Shown: positions 1 to 9,252 of the stretch, piece after piece
Numbering within the stretch: position 1 is the stretch's first letter
Layout: every line of letters starts with the position of its first letter
DNA from: an uncultured bacterium
GTDB taxonomy: Bacteria; SAR324; XYD2-FULL-50-16
Assembly: GCA_965602905.1 (NCBI GenBank)
Contig: CBFCZY010000016.1
Span: 2,280-66,279, forward strand
Reading direction: 5' to 3'
Length of the DNA stretch: 64,000 bases
The notes under the pieces: generated by a model
What the model saw: only the letters and a program-made list of their open reading frames with translations
What the model was told of the DNA's origin: nothing
Database searches by the model: none
Program-made: the position numbers and the translations under genes

Positions 1-587
1 ACCACCACCGTTAAGATGATACCTACTAATATAAATATCAAAACTGAGCCAAAACCAAAGCCTGTGTATTGGGCTAAAAAAGCCACGCCTTCGGGGTTTG
101 ATTTTATATCTGGTACAGCTCCTTTTACGAGGTCCAAGCCCATAAAGACCAAACCAAAACCCATTAAGGCCCCACCCCACTGCTTATGTTTGGCAGTTGA
201 AGAAAATAAGAGGGGGATGGAAATTGCGATTGCAGGCATATAAAGACCACTGATTTTGAATTTAAACCCCAATATTGCCACGGCCCAAAAGGTAAAGGTT
301 GTGCCCAGATTGGCACCCATAATAACGCCTACCGCCTCTTTGAGTTTGAGCAGGCGAGCGTGCACAAAACTCACCACCAATACTGTGGTGGCAGAAGAGG
401 ATTGGATGATGCTGGTGATCATCACACCTGTGGCAACAGCGCCCAAGCGGGTTTTTGTAGCGGCTTTTATGGCTTGGCGCAGGCGTTCGCCTTTTAAACT
501 TAATATGGCTTCACTTAAGAGCTTTAAACCAAAGAAAAAGACACCGAGACTGCCTAAAACCTCGATGATTTTATTTGCATATTCCAT
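1..587 (-). CDS. Na+/phosphate cotransporter family protein (NptA-like), N-terminal part; gene continues beyond window start
   Basis: Reverse-complement translation from ATG at 587..585 gives MEYANKIIEVLGSLGVFFFGLKLLSEAILSLKGERLRQAIKAATKTRLGAVATGVMITSIIQSSSATTVLVVSF..., a typical Na/Pi-cotransporter II-related N-terminus. The frame stays open to position 1. It is absent from the ORF track because it runs off the edge. Confidence 0.7.
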   Translation of the reverse strand, partial: MEYANKIIEVLGSLGVFFFGLKLLSEAILSLKGERLRQAIKAATKTRLGAVATGVMITSIIQSSSATTVLVVSFVHARLLKLKEAVGVIMGANLGTTFTFWAVAILGFKFKISGLYMPAIAISIPLLFSSTAKHKQWGGALMGFGLVFMGLDLVKGAVPDIKSNPEGVAFLAQYTGFGFGSVLIFILVGIILTVV

Positions 588-738
588 TGTTTTAACTTGA
601 ACACTGTAAAAATCAATTCTCTATTTAACCTTACCTTGAATTGCCCTTCTTGAAAAGAAGAAGGTTCGGGCTTTTGGGCTGACTTGACAAAGTAACTTCT
701 ACGATTCATCATTTAGCTAAACTACGAATTGATAAAAA

Positions 739-1089
739 ATGAAAGAACTCGCAAAAATATTTAAATCCCTAAGCGACCCAAATCGACTTCGCATTCTTAA
801 AATGTTAGAGGCCAGACCCCTGTGCAACTGTGAGATCCAAGAGGTTTTGGGTCTGGCAGGCTCTACCGTGTCCAAGCATTTGGCATTACTGCGTGACTCG
901 GGACTTTTGGAAGATGAGCGTAAGGGTAAATGGGTGATCTACAGCCTAGCCACAGACCAGACAGACCTCTACTCACCCCTTCTGCTAGAGGCTGTGAACC
1001 TGTGGCTCAATGATGAGCCCCAAGTGAGTGATGATTTAGCCCAAGTGGAGGCCATGAAAGGCAAATTCTTTTGCGAGACAGGAGAATAG
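739..1089 (+). CDS. arsR: ArsR/SmtB family metalloregulator
   Basis: HTH motif LSDPNRLRILKML and Cys pair PLCNCE in the metal-binding position. It is the first gene of the ars cluster. Confidence 0.8.
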   Translation: MKELAKIFKSLSDPNRLRILKMLEARPLCNCEIQEVLGLAGSTVSKHLALLRDSGLLEDERKGKWVIYSLATDQTDLYSPLLLEAVNLWLNDEPQVSDDLAQVEAMKGKFFCETGE

Positions 1090-2103
1090 ATGTTTCAAAT
1101 ATTTACAGATCTAGCCACAGGGGCTGTCAAATTAATGGGGATCGACCTAGAATCAAAGCTCGGCTCCAGTCTCCATTTTTTCATTGAAGATGTGACCAAA
1201 ATCATGGTCTTGCTGGTGGTGATGATTTACCTCATAGCTATCTTGCGGGCCTCCTTAAATATTGAAAAGGTCAGGGATTTTTTACAAAAAAGACACCCTC
1301 TTTTAGGCTACGCCTTTGGTGCCATTTTTGGGGCGATCACCCCCTTTTGTTCTTGCTCTTCTATTCCTCTATTTTTAGGTTTTACCACAGCACGCATCCC
1401 CGTGGGCATATCCTTAGCCTTTTTGATCACCTCACCGATGATCAATGAAGTTGCCATTGTGTTACTCGGTAGTTTGCTCGGTTTTCGTTTTACCTTGGTT
1501 TATGTGACCGTGGGCTTGATAGTGGGCATGGCGTCAGGTGCCTTACTGGATTTTTTCAAGGCGGAGCGTTATCTAAAACCCTTTTTAAAAGACGCCCTAA
1601 AAGAACAGGAAAATGCAGCAGCGGGCGGCACAGCCGAGCCAGAACATCTGGAGGAAAGCCCCTCTTTAACTTTGCTAGATCGGCATGCATACGCCAAAGA
1701 TGAACTTTTTGAAATCATGGGTCGCATTTGGAAATGGGTGTTTATTGGCATAGGCATAGGCGCTATTTTCCATGGCTTTGTCCCTGAATCTTGGGTGACG
1801 AGTAACCTTGGCGCTGGCCAGTGGTGGTCGGTTCCTATTGCGGTTTTTGTTGGTATTCCCCTTTATTCAAATGCCACAGGGATGATTCCCATCATGGAAA
1901 GCCTAATATTAAAGGGGTTGCCTATAGGCACGACCTTGGCCTTTTCTATGAGTGTCGTTGCTGCAAGCTTCCCTGAATTTGTTTTACTCAAGCAGGTAAT
2001 GGAGTGGCGTTTGCTCGCTATGCTCTGGGTTACTTTACTCTGCGCATTTATTTTGGTCGGTTGGTTTTTTAATGCCTTCTGGCCCATCATTGACTCACTC
2101 TAA
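1090..2103 (+). CDS. arsP: ArsP-type organoarsenical efflux permease (DUF318/COG0701 permease)
   Basis: Multi-TM protein carrying the hallmark ITPFCSCSSIPLF motif (TPFCSCSSIP) of ArsP. Its start abuts the arsR stop. Confidence 0.75.
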   Translation: MFQIFTDLATGAVKLMGIDLESKLGSSLHFFIEDVTKIMVLLVVMIYLIAILRASLNIEKVRDFLQKRHPLLGYAFGAIFGAITPFCSCSSIPLFLGFTTARIPVGISLAFLITSPMINEVAIVLLGSLLGFRFTLVYVTVGLIVGMASGALLDFFKAERYLKPFLKDALKEQENAAAGGTAEPEHLEESPSLTLLDRHAYAKDELFEIMGRIWKWVFIGIGIGAIFHGFVPESWVTSNLGAGQWWSVPIAVFVGIPLYSNATGMIPIMESLILKGLPIGTTLAFSMSVVAASFPEFVLLKQVMEWRLLAMLWVTLLCAFILVGWFFNAFWPIIDSL

Positions 2104-2112
2104 AAGGAAAAA

Positions 2113-2343
2113 ATGAAATCAATTAAGGTATTGGGTTCAGGCTGCGCAAAATGCAACCAAACAGCAGACATTATTAAAGAAATTGCCCAACAAGAAGGGG
2201 CGGAAATCGACTTGCAAAAGGTTACAGATCCTATACAAATTATGCAGTATAAGGCCTTGAGCACCCCTGCTGTTGTTGTGGATGAAAAGCTTGTCCATTC
2301 AGGCTCTATCCCCAAAAAAGAGAAAATACTAACTTGGCTATAA
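2113..2343 (+). CDS. thioredoxin-fold small protein (redox-active disulfide protein 2 family)
   Basis: 76 aa with MKSIKVLGSGCAKCNQT and a CxxC motif. This family is commonly found in ars operons. Confidence 0.7.
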   Translation: MKSIKVLGSGCAKCNQTADIIKEIAQQEGAEIDLQKVTDPIQIMQYKALSTPAVVVDEKLVHSGSIPKKEKILTWL

Positions 2344-2350
2344 AAGGAGA

Positions 2351-2692
2351 GTGATCATGGATCAATTAGACACAAAAACCGTCTCAATGATTTCTTTGGC
2401 CGCAGGGATTGCCTGCAACCATCCTGCAATGGGTCAGTGCCAACTGAAACGCTTGCGTGATCTTGGGGTGAGTGAAGATGATTTGAATGCCCTAGTTGAA
2501 ATCGCGAGGCACATTCGAGACGAGGCGCACCAAGAGCTAGATCATAAATTTGACCAAGCGGCGGAGCTTGGGCAAGCAGATGGTTCACAAAAACCAGATG
2601 AGCCCCCAACTCCTCTAAATGTGGCCAGCCCCAAAGAAACCTCAGAAGCCTGTGGCTGCACTCCCACAAAAAGTGGGCAGAGTTGCTGTTAA
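2351..2692 (+). CDS. AhpD/carboxymuconolactone decarboxylase-like small protein with Cys-rich C-terminal tail
   Basis: 113 aa with a conserved AhpD-like core (GIACNHPAMGQCQ) and a tail ending EACGCTPTKSGQSCC. It is embedded between the thioredoxin-like gene and arsC. Confidence 0.55.
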   Translation: MIMDQLDTKTVSMISLAAGIACNHPAMGQCQLKRLRDLGVSEDDLNALVEIARHIRDEAHQELDHKFDQAAELGQADGSQKPDEPPTPLNVASPKETSEACGCTPTKSGQSCC

Positions 2693-2696
2693 AGGA

Positions 2697-3110
2697 ATGA
2701 TGAAAGTACTCATACTTTGCACCGGGAATTCTTGCCGCAGCCAGATGGCAGAGGGAATATTGCAAGCTATAAAAAGCAACTGGCAAGTCTGTTCTGCAGG
2801 TACAAAACCTAGCAACGAGGTTCATCCCTTGGCTGTGATGGTAATGGCCGAGGCGGGTATTGACTTATCCAGTCATAAACCTGAATCAGTTGAAAAGTAT
2901 CTGGATGAAGAGTGGGATCTGATTTGGACTGTCTGTGGAGGAGCAAAGGAAATTTGTCCTGCTTTCTCGGGAATAGTGAAGGAAAGAATTCATATTGGTT
3001 TTGATGACCCTGCAGGATTTACCGGCAGCCCAGAAAATATTCTGGGCGGCTTTAGAAGGGTTCAGGCCCAGATCAACGAAACATGCAGGGAAATTGCGGG
3101 AAAATACTAG
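2697..3110 (+). CDS. arsC: arsenate reductase, LMW-PTP family (thioredoxin-coupled ArsC)
   Basis: MMKVLILCTGNSCRSQMAEG P-loop (CTGNSCRS). The true start is probably the ATG at 2697, preceded by AAGGAA. The track ORF starts at 2619 inside the upstream gene. Confidence 0.8.
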   Translation: MMKVLILCTGNSCRSQMAEGILQAIKSNWQVCSAGTKPSNEVHPLAVMVMAEAGIDLSSHKPESVEKYLDEEWDLIWTVCGGAKEICPAFSGIVKERIHIGFDDPAGFTGSPENILGGFRRVQAQINETCREIAGKY

Positions 3111-3155
3111 CTGAGCAAAAAAGTAGACCGAAGCCTTGATAGGCTGCTGGGCTTT

Positions 3156-3599
3156 TCAACTTGGGCTTTTTTCTATTTCTTGGGCAATTTGCAGGGCCGC
3201 ATTTTCTAAGAAGGTACGCTCCTCCTCTGTAAAGGCATGGTCACGCAAGACCATGCAGTTAAAATTGACCGTTCCCCACACTTTCCCCTCTACCATGATG
3301 GGGCTACTGATGTAGGCCTCCAAAGCCATGGAATCGTATAGAGGATGCAGTTTTAAACCTGGGCACCCGTCAATTTCTGTTAGGGCAATGGTTCTTTTTT
3401 CCTTATAAACCTGCCTACAATAGGTTGCTTCCAGTGGGAAGGTTTCCCCAGCAACAAAAACCTCCGCTTCAGAAGAAACGGCAACCAGTTCATAATTTCC
3501 CTCTTCAATATGGCTTACTATCCCCATTGTAAGGCCCAGTTTTTCTCGGCCTTCCTTGAGTAGTTTATTGCTGAAACTATTGAGATCTGCTGAAAACAT
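3156..3599 (-). CDS. stand-alone GAF domain protein
   Basis: 147 aa that reads as a single GAF-like domain with no output domain. Confidence 0.55.
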   Translation of the reverse strand: MFSADLNSFSNKLLKEGREKLGLTMGIVSHIEEGNYELVAVSSEAEVFVAGETFPLEATYCRQVYKEKRTIALTEIDGCPGLKLHPLYDSMALEAYISSPIMVEGKVWGTVNFNCMVLRDHAFTEEERTFLENAALQIAQEIEKSPS

Positions 3600-3889
3600 C
3601 CTTCTCCTTTTTGATTCGATTAAGACGTTAAAGATGGATTAAGGTCTAGATTTTTGTGAAATTATCTCATGTTTTACCTAAAATCGGAATAAATATTTTC
3701 CGAGAAGGTAAGATTTATCTCATTTTCATAGGGGAAAAACCTTATTTTAAGTGAAAAATGTGTCTGAAATAAGGCCCTTGGCCCCACTAAAGGGAACCTG
3801 AACTAAAAATTAACATAACCTTAACAGAATCTAAATCTTTAACCTCTAGCCTTGGACGTAAAAACACACATAAATAAAGCCCATTCAAA

Positions 3890-6800
3890 ATGAAACTCAA
3901 GTCCATGAAGTCCAAATCCATCAGGGGAAAAATCAACTTCCTCCTCATTACCATCTCAGCCCTTTTTTTAGGGGCCATGGCTACGGTCGGCTGGAGCTAT
4001 TTCCAGATGTGGAATAACTACAAGGCTGTTGATAACAGCCGAAAACTCCAAATAAAAATTGAGGCCATCAGGAAAAATGTCGATGAGGCTAGGGTAATTG
4101 AAGGCCAGTTTTTACACCAAAAAAAGGATCACCTAAGAGACGAATTTGAAGAGCGATTGGGCAGGGCCTTAAATGATGTTGCTGAACTGATAGAAGACAA
4201 ACAAACCCCTGAAATGTCGCCCAAGCTGGTCGCTGTAGAGGAGGTTTTAGACAGCTACCAAATGGGTTTTGATAAGGTTGCCAGCCTGTATAAAAATGTG
4301 GGCTACAGTCTAATCGAGGGCTACAGAGGCCGCTTAAAGAAAAATAGCGATGAAATTAACGAGGTGATTGTCAAGCTGAAGGATAGGGCCATCATGTGGA
4401 ACTGGATGCAAGTCCAACTGCGAGAAAAAAACTACTTCCAGCTCCAAGGAGCGCCACAAGGTGGGGGGCAGTTAGCGCTTAAAAATCTTTTGAAAAGTGA
4501 GTTGCAGGCTTTAAAGGGGAAGCTCACAAAAAAACTAGGTAAGAATCATAAAATTGTTGAGCCAGCAGGCCTTTTAGATGGTTATATTAGCAATTTTGAT
4601 CGGGTTAGGTTTTACGAAACCGAAGTGCGAGACACAAAGCAAAAATTTGATGCAGAAATGGCGGCCTTGCCCCAACTTTTAACTTCACTGGAAGGGGAAC
4701 ACCGAGCCCAAGAAACCCAAATTTTTGGACAAGTGAAGCTGTTGCTCACGGTTATTACTTGGGCATTGGGGGGCATATTTTTCGGGGTGGTCGCTTACCT
4801 CTTTAAAATTTCTAGATGGGTGGGTGCAGAGATTTCTCAACCTTTAGAATCCATAACTGAAGCCAGTGTGGCCATGGCGCAGGGATGTGTAAATAAACCC
4901 TTAGCCTTTACGACAGATGATGAAATTGGTCGCCTTGCCACCAATTTTAACCTGATGCAGGAATCTGTGAAGGAGAAAATTCAATCCTTAGAGATCTTAA
5001 ATAGTCTCTCTGAAAAAATGATGGGCTTGAGCAAAAATCGTGAGATTTTAGAATTATCCCTAGATACCTTGACCGAGAAATTTGCCTCAAAATTTGATGT
5101 CAAATTCGGGTTTGCTTATCTTTACAATTCAAAAGGCCAGTTGCGCCTGAAAGGCAAAAGGGATGGTGGGCTGAGTTCGAGGCTACCCTTACAACTTGCA
5201 GAGCCAGTGGGCTTTGTTGCAGATGCCGTTGAGTCAGACCAAGCCTTGGTTCTTAAGTCTGATTTTAAACACCACGAAGACTTTTATTTTTTAAACGACC
5301 AAGTGGTGGTCGCTCTACCGATCCAGATTCAAGGTGAGTCTATTGGGGTCTTGTCTTTGGTAATTGGTTCAAGAGATTTTGTTTTCGACAGTGAAATGAA
5401 ATTTTTGGTCAACACCTTAGGGCGGATAATTTCTGCTAACCTGCAAAATGTCCAGATGATGAAGCAGATCAAAAAGCACAATCAGAGCTTAGAAACAAAG
5501 GTCAAGGCTCGGACTCAAGACGTGATGGAGCTTCTAGATAACGCAGGTCAGGGGTTTTTGGTTTTTAAGAAAGACTATAAAATTATGCCCAGTTATTCTA
5601 AGGTTTGCTTTAATCTTCTCAGTGGACACATGCAAGAGAACACGACAGACCTGACAGGATTAAAGATTACCGAGCTTCTCTTTCAAAAAAGTGATAGAGA
5701 AATGTTTACGGAATTTTTAAACCTGATTTTTGATGACTATAAAAAGAATTCCCACGGCTTTCACTTTTTACCTACAGAGTTAAACGTAGGGGATAAGATT
5801 TTAGAAAGCCGCTTTCAGCCCCTAATGGATGAATCTGGGGAGTTGAAGGTGATGGTGATTTTATCTGATATTACCAAAGAAAAATCCTTGGCTCATGAAA
5901 AATTAATCAAAGAGGAAAATAACCGCCTCTTGGTTCAGGTAGTCTCTGATAAAACAGGAACCCAGATCTTTTTAAGAGAAACAGATAAGCTTTTTTGGTG
6001 GCTCCAAGAAGGCACTGCAACCCAGTTCCAACAAGCATTGGTAATGCGTAGCCTCCACACCTTAAAGGGCAATTGTGCAAGCTTTGGCTTTACTCAAGTT
6101 TCAGCCTTAGCCCATAAAATTGAAAGTAGTATCCAAGAAAAAAATCCTTTTGACTTGGCCGCTTTGGAACGTTTAAGAATCGATTTGCAGGGGCTAGAGG
6201 CCAAGTTTAGGGATAAGGTAGCGGAACTTACAGAGCTGATTCCAGAGTTTTTAAAGGAGTCTGACAAGTTAGAAATTGCCCCACAAAAAATGGAACAGTT
6301 TAAATTGTCACTACTCACAAAAGTGAAAGAAGAGCACAAAGAAATAGTGATAGAAGAATTCACTAGCCTGCTTTACCAACAGGTAAACAAACTCCTAAAG
6401 GGTTACCCCAAAATGGTGCAAGATGTTGCCGACTCTTTGGGCAAAGAGATTGAATTTAGTGTAGAAGGCGGGGAAGTGGAGGCCGACCTAAACAGCCTAA
6501 CCCCCGTATTTTCAAACTTAGGGCATTTGGTGAAAAATGCCATTGACCACGGTATTGAAGAGTATGACACCAGAATCAAACTGGGCAAAAAAGAGGCAGG
6601 GAAATTACAGATCTCTATTTACGAAACAGAGCAAAATCTTATTTTAAAAATCACCGATGATGGCGCTGGAATGGACCCTGAAAAAATTCGCAAGTCAGCC
6701 GTTGCCAAGGGGATTTTAACGGAACAATCTTCTAAAAAATTAAGTGAGAAAGAAATTCTCCCTTTAATTTTCCATTCTGGGTTCACCACCAAAGACTCGG

Positions 6801-6982
6801 TGAGTCATATCTCTGGCAGGGGTGTGGGCATGGATGCTGTGAAAAATGCAGTGGAAGAATGTGGCGGAACCATTGCGATCACAAGCCAATTGGGCAAAGG
6901 CACCATATTTGAGATCCAACTGCCCTTAAGGGTAAGAAGATTTGGGCAGGCCGCTTTCCCTAAAGAAAAGAAACTGGCCTAA
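3890..6982 (+). CDS. membrane sensor kinase with periplasmic loop, HAMP, GAF, HPt and C-terminal HATPase_c (CheA-like phosphotransfer architecture, no HisKA, no CheW domain)
   Basis: Two TM segments flank a roughly 250-aa loop. A HAMP-like segment precedes the GAF region. The HPt-like motif SLHTLKGNCASFGFTQVSALAHKIE is followed by HATPase_c N/G boxes (HLVKNAIDHGIE, DDGAGMD, GRGVGMDAV, GKGTIFEI). Confidence 0.7.
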   Translation: MKLKSMKSKSIRGKINFLLITISALFLGAMATVGWSYFQMWNNYKAVDNSRKLQIKIEAIRKNVDEARVIEGQFLHQKKDHLRDEFEERLGRALNDVAELIEDKQTPEMSPKLVAVEEVLDSYQMGFDKVASLYKNVGYSLIEGYRGRLKKNSDEINEVIVKLKDRAIMWNWMQVQLREKNYFQLQGAPQGGGQLALKNLLKSELQALKGKLTKKLGKNHKIVEPAGLLDGYISNFDRVRFYETEVRDTKQKFDAEMAALPQLLTSLEGEHRAQETQIFGQVKLLLTVITWALGGIFFGVVAYLFKISRWVGAEISQPLESITEASVAMAQGCVNKPLAFTTDDEIGRLATNFNLMQESVKEKIQSLEILNSLSEKMMGLSKNREILELSLDTLTEKFASKFDVKFGFAYLYNSKGQLRLKGKRDGGLSSRLPLQLAEPVGFVADAVESDQALVLKSDFKHHEDFYFLNDQVVVALPIQIQGESIGVLSLVIGSRDFVFDSEMKFLVNTLGRIISANLQNVQMMKQIKKHNQSLETKVKARTQDVMELLDNAGQGFLVFKKDYKIMPSYSKVCFNLLSGHMQENTTDLTGLKITELLFQKSDREMFTEFLNLIFDDYKKNSHGFHFLPTELNVGDKILESRFQPLMDESGELKVMVILSDITKEKSLAHEKLIKEENNRLLVQVVSDKTGTQIFLRETDKLFWWLQEGTATQFQQALVMRSLHTLKGNCASFGFTQVSALAHKIESSIQEKNPFDLAALERLRIDLQGLEAKFRDKVAELTELIPEFLKESDKLEIAPQKMEQFKLSLLTKVKEEHKEIVIEEFTSLLYQQVNKLLKGYPKMVQDVADSLGKEIEFSVEGGEVEADLNSLTPVFSNLGHLVKNAIDHGIEEYDTRIKLGKKEAGKLQISIYETEQNLILKITDDGAGMDPEKIRKSAVAKGILTEQSSKKLSEKEILPLIFHSGFTTKDSVSHISGRGVGMDAVKNAVEECGGTIAITSQLGKGTIFEIQLPLRVRRFGQAAFPKEKKLA

Positions 6983-7222
6983 GTCATTCAAGTCGCTCGC
7001 TTGAAAGAATTGCTTAACTATGCGAAAATAAACTAATTTCTACCTGAGCTATGCCGACAATGCGACTATAACGATTCCTTTTCTTTTGGTTTTTGAACCA
7101 GTTTTTCCTCAATTGGAGAAATAAAGGGATTATTGTGTCGTTTGTTTTTTTAGGTATTTCCTACTTCTACGCCAGCCTTCGGACATCTTCCCTTTATTGC
7201 TCTTCCGCTATTAAAGGTCTAA

Positions 7223-8707
7223 ATGTCGCTACAGTTTTCCTCTATTACCTTTGCCTTTGAAGGGCAAAAGGCTATTTTTAACAATTTAAATCTTTCCTTT
7301 TCTAAGGGTTGGACCGGTGTTCTGGGGGCCAATGGCGCTGGGAAAACCAGCCTTTTACTTTTAGCCTTGGGGCTGTTGCGGCCTCAAAAGGGTTCTATCT
7401 TGGGGGCGAGTGATTGCCTCTATTTGAGCCAACGAGTCGATAGCCCACCTGAGCAATTGGGCGACCTGACCCAAATTACCGACGGCAATGCAGCAAAGCT
7501 TTGTGGCCTCTTGCAAATTGGGGCAGATTGGAATTCCCGTTGGGAGAGCCTCAGCCCAGGGGAGAAAAAAAGGGCCCAAGCGGCCTGCGCCTTATGGATG
7601 CCGCCTTCTGTTTTGCTTTTAGATGAGCCTAGCAATCATTTGGACTTAGAAACAAAACAAATCCTAATGCCATTGTTCCAGCAGTTTAAGGGAGTGGGCA
7701 TCTTAGTTTCTCACGACCGTAGCTGGCTAGAAAGCCTATGCAGCAATTTGGTTTGGTTAGAGCCCGACTCAAAACCCCTGTGGGCGCCAAATTTGGAGCA
7801 ACTGGAGGAGGCACAAACCCAAAAAAAAACGTCCCAGAAAAATGAATATAACAGGGTCCAAAGCGAACTAAACAACTTGCAGCAGCAATCGAGTCACTAC
7901 CGTGACCTTGCAAGCCGCAGCCACCAACTGCGCAGCAAAAGACATATTGCAAAAAAGGATCACGATGCCAAAGCCAAGATCAATGCCGCTAGGGTAACAG
8001 GGCGAGATGGCACGGCTGGTAAGTTGCTCAACCAGTTGCAAGGTCGTGCTGAACAAATGGGCGAAAAGCTGCAAGGGATTAAAATCAAACGTGACTATAG
8101 AGGGGAAATTTCCCAAGGCGGAGAAAGGGCAAAATCGAATTTACTCTTGCAACTGCCTCCAGGGAGACTCAAAATGGGTGACGACGTTTCATTGCAGTAC
8201 CCTCAATTGGAGATTACCCCAAAGGACCGCATCGGTATTGTCGGGCCAAATGGGGCTGGGAAATCGACCCTTTTAAATTTTATTGTCAGCAAATTGGACC
8301 TCCCCCCAAACCGAGTTTTGACCCTTCCGCAAGAAGTAACCTTGGAGGGAAATCAGGAGGTTGTAAGACAGTTAAAGTCCACGGCCCAAACAGAAAAGGG
8401 CAAGTTACTGAGTCTTGTCGGTCGCTTGGGAAGCGACCCAAAGGCACTGCTCCAAAGTGAGTTTCCTAGTCCAGGGGAAACCCGTAAGCTTTTAATTGCC
8501 AAAGGATTACTCTTAGACCCTTGGTTGATTGTCTTAGATGAGCCTACAAATCACTTGGACCTCCCTTCCATTTTAGCTTTGGAGCAGGCCCTCGCTCTCA
8601 GCCCTGTGGCCTTGCTTCTGGTGAGCCATGACCAAAATTTTTTAGACCGACTTTGTAATCAATTTTGGGAAATCAATGGAGGTTCTTTGACTGTGGAAGG
8701 GGCTTAA
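7223..8707 (+). CDS. ABC-F family ATPase (two ABC domains, no TMD) with long charged inter-domain linker
   Basis: Two Walker A motifs (GANGAGKTS, GPNGAGKST), two degenerate signatures (LSPGEKKRA, PSPGETRKL) and two Walker B motifs (LLLDEPSNHLD, IVLDEPTNHLD). The linker is about 110 aa and rich in K/R/Q. Confidence 0.75.
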   Translation: MSLQFSSITFAFEGQKAIFNNLNLSFSKGWTGVLGANGAGKTSLLLLALGLLRPQKGSILGASDCLYLSQRVDSPPEQLGDLTQITDGNAAKLCGLLQIGADWNSRWESLSPGEKKRAQAACALWMPPSVLLLDEPSNHLDLETKQILMPLFQQFKGVGILVSHDRSWLESLCSNLVWLEPDSKPLWAPNLEQLEEAQTQKKTSQKNEYNRVQSELNNLQQQSSHYRDLASRSHQLRSKRHIAKKDHDAKAKINAARVTGRDGTAGKLLNQLQGRAEQMGEKLQGIKIKRDYRGEISQGGERAKSNLLLQLPPGRLKMGDDVSLQYPQLEITPKDRIGIVGPNGAGKSTLLNFIVSKLDLPPNRVLTLPQEVTLEGNQEVVRQLKSTAQTEKGKLLSLVGRLGSDPKALLQSEFPSPGETRKLLIAKGLLLDPWLIVLDEPTNHLDLPSILALEQALALSPVALLLVSHDQNFLDRLCNQFWEINGGSLTVEGA

Positions 8708-8819
8708 GTAGATATAATAAATGCGGAGACTGCAATAATGTTTGACCTTGTAGGCTTTTTTACTTACCTAATATCTGAATATACATATACTCAAGGAAAA
8801 AATAAATTTAGGAGAAAAA

Positions 8820-9131
8820 ATGAAACGAATGATGTCCCTTATTTTATGCCTCTTTTTTATGAGTCCCGTAGTTGGCTACTCTCAACCCAGTGGTAAGGCT
8901 CTTTTTAAAGATCTAGGTTGCGCCAACTGTCACGATGCAAATAGACAAAAAAAGCTGGGCCCTTTTCCCGTTATCAAGCTTCAGACGGCCAAGGAAATTG
9001 AAAAGGTTTTAGCTATCTATAAAGCGGGGAAACAACGTGGACCCATGTCTAAAGTGATGAGTGGAAACACAAATATTCAGAGGCTTACCAAGGCGGATAT
9101 GGCGGCACTGGCTAAGTTTTTAACCAAATAA
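8820..9131 (+). CDS. small periplasmic c-type cytochrome
   Basis: Signal peptide and a single CANCHD heme-binding motif, 103 aa. AGGAGAAAAA RBS upstream. Confidence 0.7.
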   Translation: MKRMMSLILCLFFMSPVVGYSQPSGKALFKDLGCANCHDANRQKKLGPFPVIKLQTAKEIEKVLAIYKAGKQRGPMSKVMSGNTNIQRLTKADMAALAKFLTK

Positions 9132-9198
9132 ATTCCCCCCTACTTCTGGCGACCTTGCAGCCTGACCTAAACAGCTTGCAAGCTTTCAGCCTATAGTT

Positions 9199-9245
9199 AC
9201 AGGCCCCAGCCTTTCCTCCAGGGGCCTGTAATTCTTATTTTTGCT
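9199..9245 (+). terminator. rho-independent terminator hairpin between convergent genes
   Basis: acaggcccc (9199..9207) pairs with ggggcctgt (9221..9229) around a 13-nt loop. It is followed by aattcttatttttgcttgtattttt. Confidence 0.6.
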
Positions 9246-9252
9246 TGTATTT

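Noticed and set aside
16-600. Plus-strand ORFs 16..243 and 256..600 from the track
   Set aside because: Their sequences are low-complexity and rich in K, P and T. The opposite strand encodes a clean Na/Pi cotransporter N-terminus over the same bases. They are antisense artefacts.
2355-2825. 156-aa minus-strand ORF overlapping the ahpD-like gene and arsC
   Set aside because: It is antisense to two well-supported ars genes, lacks an RBS and has odd composition.
3787-3978. 63-aa minus ORF overlapping the start of the 1030-aa sensor gene
   Set aside because: It overlaps the promoter and 5' end of a strongly supported gene and has no features of its own.
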